Shown here one piece after another: positions 46,497-56,577 of a stretch of 64,000 nucleotides of DNA. The notes beneath the pieces were generated by a model. The model was given only the letters and a program-made list of their open reading frames with translations. It was not told the DNA's origin and did no database searches. The position numbers were made by a program, and so were the translations under genes. Position 1 is the stretch's first letter, and every line of letters begins with the position of its first letter. The DNA lies in the NCBI GenBank assembly GCA_944326015.1, contig CALVCJ010000001.1, positions 1,068-65,067 on the forward strand, read 5' to 3'. The stretch comes from Candidatus Gastranaerophilales bacterium (GTDB lineage Bacteria > Cyanobacteriota > Vampirovibrionia > Gastranaerophilales > Gastranaerophilaceae).

Positions 46497-47738
46497 ATGG
46501 GACAGACTTTAGCAGAAAAAATCATATCAGCACATGCCGAAAAAAAAGTAAAAGCAGGAGAACTTGTAATTGCAAAAGTTGATGTTTGCGCTGTTCAAGA
46601 TGGTACAGGGCCTTTAACCGTTCAAGAATTTAAAAAACTCGGAAAAAACAAACTTAATAACCCTGAAAGAACTATTTTATTTATTGATCACGCTTCACCA
46701 AGTCCGCGGAAAGAATTATCAAATACACACACCGTTTTAAGAGAATTTTCCAAAGAATATAAAGCAATACTTTCAGATGTTGGAGCAGGCGTATGCCACC
46801 AGAGGCTTGTCGAAACTTTTATCAATCCAGGAGAAATTTTGGTGGGTGCAGATTCACATACGTGCACATCAGGGGCAGTTGGTGCGTTCGCGACCGGCAT
46901 GGGCTCGACAGATATTGCAGTTGCAATGGCTCTTGGTAAAACATGGCTCAAAGTTCCTGCAACATTTAAAATCGAAGTTACAGGTAAATTTAAAAAAGGT
47001 ATTTGTTCCAAAGATTTGATGCTTCATTTAATAGGACTTATAGGAGCAGACGGTGCAACATATAAAGCACTGGAATTCTGCGGTGAAACAATTGAAAATA
47101 TGCCAATGTCAGAAAGATTTACCCTTGCCAATATGGCTGTTGAAGCAGGAGCAAAAGCAGGACTATTTGCGACTGATGACAAAACTAAAGAGTTTTTGAA
47201 ATCAAGAGGTCGCGAAGACAAATTTAAGTTAATTAAACCTGATGACAATGCAATATATGAAAGAGTGATAAAAATTAATGCAGAAGAGATTGACTACACT
47301 GTATCTTGCCCGCATACAGTTGACAACACAAAGCACGTTAGCGAGTTAAAAGATATAAAAGTTGATCAGGTATTTATCGGAACCTGTACAAATGGAAGAA
47401 TAGAAGATTTACGCATTGCTGCAGAAATATTAAAAGGGAAAAAAGTAAATTCAAATGTACGGCTTCTTATTTGTCCGGCATCAAAAGATGTTTATCTTCA
47501 AGCACTGGAAGAAGGCCTTATAACGATATTCGTAAAAGCAAATGCAGCAATACTTCCTCCGGGATGCGGTCCATGCGTGGGAGTGCATTCCGGAACTCTT
47601 GCGGATGGAGAGGTTTGTCTTGCAACCCAAAATAGAAATTTTCAAGGCAGAATGGGTAATGTTAAAGGCTCAATTTATCTATCATCGCCTTATGTAGCTG
47701 CTTATACAGCTTTATCAGGCTACATATGTGCAGCTTAA
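46497..47738 (+). CDS. leuC: 3-isopropylmalate dehydratase/homoaconitase-family large subunit (LeuC/HacA type)
   Basis: MGQTLAEKII; GVCHQ; GADSHTCT; FIGTCTNGR; PGCGPC; NRNFQGRMG. Substrate is uncertain. Confidence 0.85.
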   Translation: MGQTLAEKIISAHAEKKVKAGELVIAKVDVCAVQDGTGPLTVQEFKKLGKNKLNNPERTILFIDHASPSPRKELSNTHTVLREFSKEYKAILSDVGAGVCHQRLVETFINPGEILVGADSHTCTSGAVGAFATGMGSTDIAVAMALGKTWLKVPATFKIEVTGKFKKGICSKDLMLHLIGLIGADGATYKALEFCGETIENMPMSERFTLANMAVEAGAKAGLFATDDKTKEFLKSRGREDKFKLIKPDDNAIYERVIKINAEEIDYTVSCPHTVDNTKHVSELKDIKVDQVFIGTCTNGRIEDLRIAAEILKGKKVNSNVRLLICPASKDVYLQALEEGLITIFVKANAAILPPGCGPCVGVHSGTLADGEVCLATQNRNFQGRMGNVKGSIYLSSPYVAAYTALSGYICAA

Positions 47739-47836
47739 TTCGACTTGTATAAAAAAAAATATAATCAACCTACTATGTATCAAGGAATGAGCATTTCCTG
47801 ACAAAAATTCCTTACTATATTTGTAAGGAGAATTTT

Positions 47837-48430
47837 ATGTCAGGCAATAAATTGCAGTACAAAAAAATGCCTTTGGAAGAATTAATCGTTTTGTCACAGC
47901 AAGATGATTTTAAAGCTCTGGAAGAATTGATTAGACGGGAACAAAAAAACGTCTATGCCGCCTTTTCATATTTATGTCCGCTAAAAGAAAATGTTTCAGA
48001 CCTGACACAGGAAGCACTTTTAAGAGTTGCAAAAAATATTCAAAATCTTAAACAGCCAAAACTCTTTAAAGGCTGGCTAAATCAGATTATTAATAATCTT
48101 TTTTACGATGAACTCAGAAAATCACAGAAAAAAATTGATACAATTTCACTTGATGATGAAACAGACGATTCTTCAGGGATAAAATTTCAGCTTCCCGATA
48201 AAAAATGCAAGCCGCACGAAAAATGCATTTCATCAGAACTGGAAAAAATTATCAGAAGCGCAATACTAGAATTGCCTGAACAATTCAGAATTGCAATAAT
48301 TTTACGAGAACTTCAAGGGCTTAGTTACGAAGAAATCGCAAAGGCTACACATTCAAGTATAGGAACCGTAAAATCACGCATTGCAAGAGCCAGAGGTAAA
48401 CTTCAAGAAGATTTGAAAGCATACATATAA
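47837..48430 (+). CDS. sigG: ECF sigma factor, cyanobacterial SigG-like
   Basis: DLTQEALLRV..NIQNLKQPKLFKGWL...NLFYDELRK; LPEQFR..ILRELQGLSYEEIA...GTVKSRIARAR. Confidence 0.82.
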   Translation: MSGNKLQYKKMPLEELIVLSQQDDFKALEELIRREQKNVYAAFSYLCPLKENVSDLTQEALLRVAKNIQNLKQPKLFKGWLNQIINNLFYDELRKSQKKIDTISLDDETDDSSGIKFQLPDKKCKPHEKCISSELEKIIRSAILELPEQFRIAIILRELQGLSYEEIAKATHSSIGTVKSRIARARGKLQEDLKAYI

Positions 48431-48444
48431 AGGAGTAAATACTT

Positions 48445-48975
48445 ATGCAAAACTCGTTATCCTGCGAACAAGTAACAGCACTTCTCAGTTTCTATGCTGA
48501 AGATAAATTAAGTTCAAAACTTGCACAATACGTAAAACAGCATCTTGAAAAATGCCCATCATGCATGGAAAAATTTATGATTATGAAAAACATGCTTACT
48601 AAATTGACCGAACTTCATGATGAAGAACTTGAAAATCCATATGCTACAAAGCAATATGAGGATTTTAAATCAAACCTATCTGCTTATGTTGATAATGAGC
48701 TTAATAATTCAGACAGCATTAAAATAAAAAAAATAGCAATTTCAAATCCACTTGCAAGACAAGATCTCGAAAATATATATACATTTAAAAAACTTTTATA
48801 TTCATCTTTTGAAAAAACAAAAAACGATATGAAAAACGATTATTCTAGAATTGTTATAAACCAACTCCAACTTGATGAAGAAAAAAGTCTTGATCCCTTT
48901 TTTAAACTTAGTGCAGCATTTGTTCTTATGTTAACTTTAATAGTTGCAGGAATAATAAAATTCCTATACTTTTAA
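48445..48975 (+). CDS. anti-sigma factor (zf-HC2) with C-terminal TM
   Basis: CEQV..LLSFY..KL...HLEKCPSC; second repeat NLSAYVDNEL; C-terminal TM; follows the sigma gene. Confidence 0.85.
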   Translation: MQNSLSCEQVTALLSFYAEDKLSSKLAQYVKQHLEKCPSCMEKFMIMKNMLTKLTELHDEELENPYATKQYEDFKSNLSAYVDNELNNSDSIKIKKIAISNPLARQDLENIYTFKKLLYSSFEKTKNDMKNDYSRIVINQLQLDEEKSLDPFFKLSAAFVLMLTLIVAGIIKFLYF

Positions 48976-49638
48976 ATTCCCTGAATGTTTAATTGAAGCT
49001 AGCTTCATATATGCATTCATGGAAATTTCTCCCGGATATAACGTTTTTTCGTTTTGTTCCCGATTGGTATTTTTCATACTGTCAAGCGCCTGTTTTTGTT
49101 TAGCTGAAGCATACTTATTTCGTACAAGAGGTGTAACAAGATTGCTGGAAAGAATTGATCCTGTAAGACCAGCTATAACTTCAGCTCCATTTTTAAATGG
49201 TTTAAATTTTGACGCAATTTCAGAATTATAATTATCAAGTTTTGTTATATCAAAATTCCAATCACCAGCATAAACTTTTCCTTCAACTCTTTTCTGACCT
49301 TTTTCAAGAACATGACCTCCTTTTTTTAAAAAATTTGAAATTTCGGCTGTTCTTAATTTTGCGGTTTTAACGAGCTTTGCTCCTATATATTTCACTCCGC
49401 TTGTAAGGGTGTAAAAAGATACTATATTAACAACTGCATCAGCAATTTCTTGAGGTATTAAAAAGACTTTTTGTTCTTTTGAAATTTTATCGTTAAAAAT
49501 AACGGCATAAACCTGAGCAAGCGAAGACAAAATCCATCCTATAACACCGGTATGTACAAGCATGGAGCCAGGATTTTCGCCATAATTCTTATATATATAA
49601 GATTTAAAACCATTCCACATTTTTGCAGGAGAAAACAT
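48964..49638 (-). CDS. hypothetical membrane protein (224 aa)
   Basis: ORF with 3 hydrophobic helices; its ATG overlaps the upstream TAA. Confidence 0.75.
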   Translation of the reverse strand: MFSPAKMWNGFKSYIYKNYGENPGSMLVHTGVIGWILSSLAQVYAVIFNDKISKEQKVFLIPQEIADAVVNIVSFYTLTSGVKYIGAKLVKTAKLRTAEISNFLKKGGHVLEKGQKRVEGKVYAGDWNFDITKLDNYNSEIASKFKPFKNGAEVIAGLTGSILSSNLVTPLVRNKYASAKQKQALDSMKNTNREQNEKTLYPGEISMNAYMKLASIKHSGNLKV

Positions 49639-50183
49639 TATTTATTCTCTCCTTTCTTTTGCATCCTTATAAAATTATTTGTAAGAAATTTTGTGAGAGG
49701 TGCATCAATAAGAAAATTTGTAAACACCATAGCAACCAGCGAAAGAATTGTCCCCATAGCATTGCGGTATTGTTCCAGAGCATCTTTATTTGACGGATCA
49801 AGATTTTTTGGAGTCAGACACTGTTTTAAATTTTTTATAAATGGCTTAGTATTTGCTGGAATTTCTGAAGCAGTTTTTGACATTGCTGCAATCCCTTTTA
49901 TAAATCCAGCCCTTAAAGCAACACCAGTAAGTGTTCCTGCAATAATTTTTGCACATGTTCTTGCAACAGCAACTTTACGCGTTTTATCATCAACACTTTT
50001 ATTTTTCCAGTCTATATATGGCTGCATGACAATTGCTGTAACACCTAAAATAGCTCTCTGATGGGGTGATGACCACTTTTTACCTATATATACGATTTTA
50101 TCGATTACTTTATCTTTGCTGACTTGCATTGAAGGTAAACGATTATAAAAATTCTTTGCAATATTTAACTTTACAGCTGCCAT
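49638..50183 (-). CDS. hypothetical membrane protein (181 aa)
   Basis: ORF with basic amphipathic helices; translationally coupled to the downstream ORF. Confidence 0.75.
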   Translation of the reverse strand: MAAVKLNIAKNFYNRLPSMQVSKDKVIDKIVYIGKKWSSPHQRAILGVTAIVMQPYIDWKNKSVDDKTRKVAVARTCAKIIAGTLTGVALRAGFIKGIAAMSKTASEIPANTKPFIKNLKQCLTPKNLDPSNKDALEQYRNAMGTILSLVAMVFTNFLIDAPLTKFLTNNFIRMQKKGENK

Positions 50184-50324
50184 AACACAATACCCATAGC
50201 TATAAAAATTGTAAATAAAAAAAATTGTCTTAATATAAGGGGAAATTAATAAATATTTACAATCTTAATTAATAGGGACTACTATACAACAGAAAAATTA
50301 TTTTGTAAAGAATTTAGAACAAAT

Positions 50325-51560
50325 TTAAAGTATAGCACCTTTTGGTACAACTGTAACACCGTTTTCCGAAACATGAAAACCACGCTTAATATCTTCTTCT
50401 CTACAAAATCCGATTCTTGAATTAGGAGGTACAGTTACATTTTTATCAATAATAGCTTTTTTAATTTTTGAATGTCTGCCAATTTCAACATTTTCCATTA
50501 AAATACTTTCAGAAATTTGCGAATAGCTGTTTACCTTAACTTTTGGAGAAAGCACGCATCTTGACAGTCCGGCACCAGAAACAATACAACCCTCTGATAC
50601 CATAGAATTTGTAGCCATACCAACACGTTCACCCTCTGCCCAGATAAACTTTGCAGGCGGGTAATTGTAATTAAAAGTTCTTATTGGCCAGTCTTTTGAG
50701 TATAAATTCAATTCCGGATCATAGGAAAGAAGATCCATATTAGCCTGCCAGTACGCATCAATACTTCCCACATCACGCCAGTATCCGCGTTCTGTGTCAG
50801 TCATCCCGGGGAATGAATTATCTTTAAAATTGTAAATAAATATTTTTTTACCATCTTTCAAAAGCATGGGAATAACATTTTTGCCAAAATCATGACTTGA
50901 GTTCTTAATTTCCTCATCCTTATTTAATGCATCAAGAAGGATTGTTTTGTTAAAAATATAGTTCCCCATAGAAGCCAGACACATATCAGGATTTCCTGGG
51001 ATTGATTTAGGTTTTACTTTAGGTTTTTCAACAAAATTAATAAGCCTCCAGTCATCATCAACTTCTATAATTCCAAATTCAGAAGCTTCTTCAATAGGTA
51101 TCGGAATAGCAGAAATTGATAAATCAGCCTCTTTTTCTTTATGATAATCAAGCATCTGAGAAATATCCATTTTATAAATATGATCACCGCCAAAAATACA
51201 AACATAATCAGGATCTTCATCTGTTATATGAAAAACATTCTGATATATCGCGTCAGCGGTTCCCTTGTACCAGTCAGAACCAGTTCTCATCTGTGCCGGC
51301 GCAAGATCTACATACTGATTTAAAAATGGAGATAATGCCCAGCCTCTTGTAATATGTTTATTAAGCGAATCCGATTTATACTGGGTTAAAACCTTTATCT
51401 TAAAGAAACCAGAATTAATAAAATTATTTAATACAAAATCAATAATTCTGTATCGTCCTCCGAACGGAACGGCGGGTTTAGCCCTATCTTTTGTTAAAGG
51501 ATAAAGTCTTCTACCTTCACCGCCAGCTAAAATCATTACCAAAGCATCATCTACAGACAT
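50325..51560 (-). CDS. glgC: glucose-1-phosphate adenylyltransferase
   Basis: ILAGGEGRRLYPLTKDRAKPAVPFGG; KGTADAIYQN; GGDHIYKMD; FVEKP; DFGKNVIP; YWRDVG. Confidence 0.97.
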   Translation of the reverse strand: MSVDDALVMILAGGEGRRLYPLTKDRAKPAVPFGGRYRIIDFVLNNFINSGFFKIKVLTQYKSDSLNKHITRGWALSPFLNQYVDLAPAQMRTGSDWYKGTADAIYQNVFHITDEDPDYVCIFGGDHIYKMDISQMLDYHKEKEADLSISAIPIPIEEASEFGIIEVDDDWRLINFVEKPKVKPKSIPGNPDMCLASMGNYIFNKTILLDALNKDEEIKNSSHDFGKNVIPMLLKDGKKIFIYNFKDNSFPGMTDTERGYWRDVGSIDAYWQANMDLLSYDPELNLYSKDWPIRTFNYNYPPAKFIWAEGERVGMATNSMVSEGCIVSGAGLSRCVLSPKVKVNSYSQISESILMENVEIGRHSKIKKAIIDKNVTVPPNSRIGFCREEDIKRGFHVSENGVTVVPKGAIL

Positions 51561-51634
51561 AATATACTCCATTGTTGCCCAGTACACAAAAAATTATACA
51601 TCAATAATAAAAATCAGTCTACATATATTTATTA

Positions 51635-52357
51635 TTACAATGTATATCCCGCATTGAGCAAAATTTCAGTGTTATTAGTTAAAATAACCAGCCCTCCTGA
51701 ATCAGTAACAGATTTTGCAACTCCGCTAATTTTTCCCTGTGGCATGCTTATACTGATTTGCTTCCCTAAAAAATTAGCCCTTTTTTCATAATCACATTTA
51801 ATTAATTTAAATCCTTTATCCAAAAACTCATGATAATTTTTACAAAAATTCTTTAGTAATTTATTCAAAAAAAGATTTTTATCAATATTTTCCACACCAA
51901 TTTCCATATTAAGAGCAGTAGCAGTCTTATCAGTTATTTGTTTCAAATTCTCTCTTCCAGAATTCAGATTAACACCCACGCCAATAACAACTCCCTTAAA
52001 TGTTTTTCCCTTAGTAACAGCTTCAGCAAGAATACCGGCAATTTTTGCGTCTTTAACAAAAATATCATTCGGCCATTTTACAAAAGTCTGAATTCCATAT
52101 TCATCAAACGTTTTACACAAAACAAGAGCCATATACTGAGTTAAATTAGCGTAAACAGGTAGGAATTCACCAGAAGGTTTAAGCACAATTGAAGTAAATA
52201 GGTTACCATACCCAAGGTCAATCCATGAATGGTTGAATCTTCCCCTTCCTTTAATCTGCGTTGATGCAGAGATTACCGTTAAATCAGGAAGGGATTCAAT
52301 ATATTTTTTTGCGTATGTGTTGGTTGAATCAATTCTGTCAAATTCAATAATATTCAT
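51635..52357 (-). CDS. birA: biotin--protein ligase (no HTH)
   Basis: IDSTN; QIKGRGR; VKWPNDI; KIAGIL; IGVGVN. Confidence 0.92.
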   Translation of the reverse strand: MNIIEFDRIDSTNTYAKKYIESLPDLTVISASTQIKGRGRFNHSWIDLGYGNLFTSIVLKPSGEFLPVYANLTQYMALVLCKTFDEYGIQTFVKWPNDIFVKDAKIAGILAEAVTKGKTFKGVVIGVGVNLNSGRENLKQITDKTATALNMEIGVENIDKNLFLNKLLKNFCKNYHEFLDKGFKLIKCDYEKRANFLGKQISISMPQGKISGVAKSVTDSGGLVILTNNTEILLNAGYTL

Positions 52358-52446
52358 AATTTACAAAATTTATAATAAAATAAACAAAAAAAATTTGCGA
52401 TTTTTTTTTTACGCGTTACAATAAACTCATAAGGGAGAGAATTTAC

Positions 52447-53136
52447 ATGGAACATTGGGTTTACAAATTAAATATTGCAGGTCAAGTTTTATCTCTAAAC
52501 ATGGATACTCTTATTACTATGTGGTTAAGCATGATTTTGCTAATAATTCTGGCTCTGGTCACAACCAGAAAAACCTCAATATTCCCAACCAAACTACAGA
52601 TAATAGGCGAGGGAATAGTTAAATACTTTTCCAATATAGCTACAGCAAGCATGGGTGAAACAGAAGCCAAAAGACATTTGCCGCTTATCTTAACTTTATT
52701 TATGTTTATACTGACGGCTAATCTGGTAGGACAACTCCCCTGGCATCTTATACATCTGAAAACAGGAGAGCTTGCATCCCCTAACAATGATATTAATATG
52801 ACAGCAGCAATGGCTATTGTTGTATCTTTATATTACATTTATTACGGTGTAAAGAAAAAAGGTTTTCATTTTTTTGTTCACGGGTTTAGCGTTGACGGCA
52901 TAATTATTACTCTTGTTGACACCCTTGAATTATTTGTAAGACCTTTTTCACTTGCACTGCGACTTTTTGCAAACATATTTGCAGGCGAAGTTTTAGTGTT
53001 TACAATACTTGGAATGGCTGCGTACTTCATACCACTTCCTTTTATGCTATTTGAACTTTTCGTAGCACTAATTCAGGCACTTGTATTCACACTTTTATCA
53101 ACAACTTATATATCTATGGCAATTAAAGAAGAATAA
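52447..53136 (+). CDS. atpB: ATP synthase F0 subunit a
   Basis: SPNNDINMTAAMA; RPFSLALRLFANIFAGE; IQALVFTLL. Confidence 0.96.
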   Translation: MEHWVYKLNIAGQVLSLNMDTLITMWLSMILLIILALVTTRKTSIFPTKLQIIGEGIVKYFSNIATASMGETEAKRHLPLILTLFMFILTANLVGQLPWHLIHLKTGELASPNNDINMTAAMAIVVSLYYIYYGVKKKGFHFFVHGFSVDGIIITLVDTLELFVRPFSLALRLFANIFAGEVLVFTILGMAAYFIPLPFMLFELFVALIQALVFTLLSTTYISMAIKEE

Positions 53137-53161
53137 CTTAAATAAACAAAGGAGAAAAATT

Positions 53162-53407
53162 ATGGCAATTGAACAATTAGCAGGATTAGATTTAGCTAAA
53201 CTAGGCGCAGGTGTTGCAATCGGTTTTGGCGCAATAGGCGGAGGTTTAGGCTTAGGCATTGCGACTAAAGGTGTACTGGATGCGATTGCAAGACAGCCTG
53301 AAATCAAAGATGAAGCTTTTAAAAACTTTATTATAGGTGCAGGTCTTGCTGAAGCAACAGCTATTTATGCTTTGCTTGTAGCTATGTTATTAATATTCGT
53401 AAAATAG
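53162..53407 (+). CDS. atpE: ATP synthase F0 subunit c
   Basis: GAIGGGLGLG..IARQPE..GAGLAEATAIY. Start moved to ATG 53162 after GGAG. Confidence 0.96.
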   Translation: MAIEQLAGLDLAKLGAGVAIGFGAIGGGLGLGIATKGVLDAIARQPEIKDEAFKNFIIGAGLAEATAIYALLVAMLLIFVK

Positions 53408-53419
53408 TAAGGAAAAATA

Positions 53420-53890
53420 ATGTTAGAGTTTAATGCAACATTTTTAGTATCAATAATAAGTTTTATAGTATTCATAATAATTATGAACGCTATATTCTAT
53501 AAACCTATTCTAAGTATCATTGATGAAAGAAATAAATATATCACCGATAAATATAATGATGCAAAAAACTCTAAAGACAAAGCTCAAATGCTTCTTGAAG
53601 AAAAAGACAAACGCCTGAATGAAACGCTGATTGAATCAAAAAAACTTGTATCAGAAAAAGTTTCAAAGGCAAATGCAGAAGCAAAAAGCATAACTGATGC
53701 AGCTAAAATACATTCAGCAACAAAAATACAATCAGCAAAAGATAAGCTCAAAGATGAAGAAATGAATACTGAAGAAGCACTAAAAAGTAGTGTAAAAAAT
53801 TTGGCAGAAACAATTTCTTCAAAAATTCTAGGTGAGAGTACAATCATTGAAAATGTTGATTATGAACTTATCAGTAAGGAGCTTAAATGA
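53420..53890 (+). CDS. atpF: ATP synthase F0 subunit b' (first b-type subunit)
   Basis: MLEFNATFL..FYKPILSIIDERNKYI; N-terminal TM plus coiled coil; position in the operon. Confidence 0.88.
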   Translation: MLEFNATFLVSIISFIVFIIIMNAIFYKPILSIIDERNKYITDKYNDAKNSKDKAQMLLEEKDKRLNETLIESKKLVSEKVSKANAEAKSITDAAKIHSATKIQSAKDKLKDEEMNTEEALKSSVKNLAETISSKILGESTIIENVDYELISKELK

Positions 53891-54384
53891 ATACGGTTAT
53901 AAATATTTGGGATACAATAGTAAAAAGCAATACATTTAACTTTCTGGTAATGCTTGCAATCCTTTACTGGATTGTTAAAAAGTTTGATATTCAAGGAAAT
54001 CTTGAAAATTTCAAAAACAGTATAACTAATTCAATAAAAAAAGCTGATGTAGAAAAAGAACTTGCCGGTAAAACACTTTTATCAGCAGAAAAATCCGTTG
54101 CAAATCTTGATTTTGAAATTTCTCAAAAACTTAAAAACGCAAAAAAACAGGCTGAAACTCTGGTAAAAAGTATTGAAGAGCAAACTGAAAACAAAGTTAA
54201 TCAACTTGAAAAAAATATTGAAAAAGTTATTGAAACAGAAGAAAAAAAGATTTCTTCAAAACTTACCTCTAAAACAGCGACAACCTCAGCATTACTTGCA
54301 AAAAACCATATTATATCTGTTTTGAAAGCTCACCCTGAACTTCACGAAAGATTTATAAACCAGAGCATTCAGGAGTTAGGATAA
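53887..54384 (+). CDS. atpF: ATP synthase F0 subunit b
   Basis: KSNTFNFLVMLAILYW; coiled coil; position in the operon. Confidence 0.85.
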   Translation: MNTVINIWDTIVKSNTFNFLVMLAILYWIVKKFDIQGNLENFKNSITNSIKKADVEKELAGKTLLSAEKSVANLDFEISQKLKNAKKQAETLVKSIEEQTENKVNQLEKNIEKVIETEEKKISSKLTSKTATTSALLAKNHIISVLKAHPELHERFINQSIQELG

Positions 54385-54388
54385 ACCA

Positions 54389-54934
54389 ATGAATAATACT
54401 CAAATATCGTTAATAGCAAAAAATTATGCTGATGCGCTTGTGAAACTTTGTAAAGATCAAGCAATGGACTGCAGAGAAATTTTAAACAGTCTTCTCTTTA
54501 TTAAAGATACATGCAAGCAATCTACTGATCTCAAAACAATTCTCGACAATCCTTCAGTATCTGATGATGTAAAATGTTCAATAATTGATGAAGTTTTCAA
54601 AAACAGCATTGACAATCATACTATCGAATTTCTTAAAATCTTAATTGAGAAGAAAAGATTTAATGAATTTGAAGGTATAATTGCAGCTTTCTCTGATGAA
54701 ACAGATAAAATAAATAATATCCAGCGTATTGAAGTAACTTCGGCAATAGATTTAAACGATGACTTGAAACAGCGTATAAAAGAAAAACTTGAAAACCGAC
54801 TGAATAAAACAGTGATTACCGAATGGATTGTGAATGAAGATATTATTGGAGGGTTAGTCGTTAAGATTAATGACGATGTTATTGATTCAAGCCTGAAAAA
54901 TAAATTGGAAAATTTAAGTAAAAATATAATATAA
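54389..54934 (+). CDS. atpH: ATP synthase F1 subunit delta
   Basis: IAKNYADAL; [10 protein letters not shown]; [22 protein letters not shown]. Confidence 0.93.
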   Translation: MNNTQISLIAKNYADALVKLCKDQAMDCREILNSLLFIKDTCKQSTDLKTILDNPSVSDDVKCSIIDEVFKNSIDNHTIEFLKILIEKKRFNEFEGIIAAFSDETDKINNIQRIEVTSAIDLNDDLKQRIKEKLENRLNKTVITEWIVNEDIIGGLVVKINDDVIDSSLKNKLENLSKNII

Positions 54935-54944
54935 AGGGGAAATT

Positions 54945-56456
54945 ATGGCACTTATTAAACCTGATGAAATCAGTTCTATAATTAAAAGTAAAATAGAAAA
55001 CTATGATATTCAAACAGAAATATCAAACACCGGTACGGTAATTGAAATCGGTGACGGTATTGCAAGAATTTACGGACTTAGAAATGTCATGTCAAATGAA
55101 CTTGTAACGTTTAATGACGGGAAAGATACACTAGGAATTACAATGAACCTAGAAGAAGACAACGTTGGTGTTGTAATTTTGGGAGAATATACACAGATAA
55201 AAGAAGGAATGACCGTTAAAACAACCGGCAGAATTGCATCTGTACCTGTCGGAGATTCCCTTATCGGAAGAATTATTGATCCAACAGGAACAGCAATAGA
55301 TGGTAAAGGAGAAATTGATTCATCCAAAACCCGACCTATAGAAAGAGTAGCTCCAGGAATTGTTGCAAGAAAATCTGTTCACCAGCCGCTTCAAACCGGT
55401 CTGACTGCTATTGACGCGCTAACACCAATCGGCAGAGGACAACGTGAGCTTATTATCGGCGATAGACAAACTGGTAAAACAGCAATAGCAATTGATACAA
55501 TAATAAACCAGAAAGGCCAAAACGTAATCTGTATTTATGTAGCAATTGGTCAAAAAGCATCTACTGTTGCACAAATTGCCAAAACTCTGGAAGAACATGG
55601 AGCAATGGAATATTCAATTATTGTCTCAGCAACAGCAAATGAAGCTGCTCCGCTTCAATATATTGCACCTTTTGCAGGCGTTGCGATAGGTGAAGAATTC
55701 ATGGAACAAGGCAAAGATGTTTTGATAATCTATGATGATTTGTCAAAACATGCTCAAGCCTATCGCGCAATGAGTCTTCTTTTAAAAAGACCACCCGGAC
55801 GTGAAGCATATCCAGGTGATGTATTCTATCTTCACTCAAGATTGCTAGAACGAGCAGTTAAATTAAACGATGAATTGGGTGGAGGAAGTATTACAGCACT
55901 TCCAATAATAGAAACACAGGCAGGTGATGTATCTGCATACATTCCAACAAACGTAATCTCAATTACTGACGGGCAGATTTTTCTAGAATCAAATCTATTC
56001 AATTCCGGCGTTAGACCTGCAATAAATGCTGGTATATCAGTATCGCGTGTTGGTGGAGCTGCTCAAACCAAAGGTATTAAACAGGTAGCAGGTCAACTTA
56101 GACTTGATTTAGCACAATTTAGAGAATTGGAAGCATTTGCACAGTTCGCTTCAGATCTTGATCAAGCTACAAAAAATCAGTTATTGCGAGGAGAAAAACT
56201 TACAGAAGTACTCAAGCAGCCTCAATATAATCCTTTAAGCGTTGCGGAACAAATTACTATTTTGTTTGCTGCAAATGAAGGTATACTCGATGATGTTGTA
56301 AATTCGGATATCAGCAAATTCAAAAAAGAATGGTTTGTATACCTTAATTCTAACATGAATGAACTGGTTATCAGACTCAATGACGGTGCAAAACTGGAAG
56401 ATGCTGACAAAGAACAACTAAAACAAGCTTTAGAAAACTTCAAAAAAACTTTTTAA
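54945..56456 (+). CDS. atpA: ATP synthase F1 subunit alpha
   Basis: [10 protein letters not shown]; IGDRQTGKT; [21 protein letters not shown]. Confidence 0.98.
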   Translation: MALIKPDEISSIIKSKIENYDIQTEISNTGTVIEIGDGIARIYGLRNVMSNELVTFNDGKDTLGITMNLEEDNVGVVILGEYTQIKEGMTVKTTGRIASVPVGDSLIGRIIDPTGTAIDGKGEIDSSKTRPIERVAPGIVARKSVHQPLQTGLTAIDALTPIGRGQRELIIGDRQTGKTAIAIDTIINQKGQNVICIYVAIGQKASTVAQIAKTLEEHGAMEYSIIVSATANEAAPLQYIAPFAGVAIGEEFMEQGKDVLIIYDDLSKHAQAYRAMSLLLKRPPGREAYPGDVFYLHSRLLERAVKLNDELGGGSITALPIIETQAGDVSAYIPTNVISITDGQIFLESNLFNSGVRPAINAGISVSRVGGAAQTKGIKQVAGQLRLDLAQFRELEAFAQFASDLDQATKNQLLRGEKLTEVLKQPQYNPLSVAEQITILFAANEGILDDVVNSDISKFKKEWFVYLNSNMNELVIRLNDGAKLEDADKEQLKQALENFKKTF

Positions 56457-56577
56457 CAGTAAAGTAAAAAGAAAGGATAGTTTATTACGCAAGAAAGGAC
56501 GTGAATAACAGGGCATAATGTTCCCTAACGAATATGGATGTCCAGATGCATTGACTAAAGTAAACTATATTATAAAA

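Noticed and set aside
53162-53407. Na+-translocating ATP synthase
   Set aside because: Subunit c has Leu at the Gln position (GLGLG) and E-A-T rather than E-S-T, which fits H+ coupling.
56457-56577. Extended gamma N-terminus (ATG 56518) or internal promoter in the atpA-atpG spacer
   Set aside because: Homology starts at MANLK (56578), and the TTGACT/TATAAA spacing of 14 nt is too short. The AAGAAAGGA duplication is too short to interpret.
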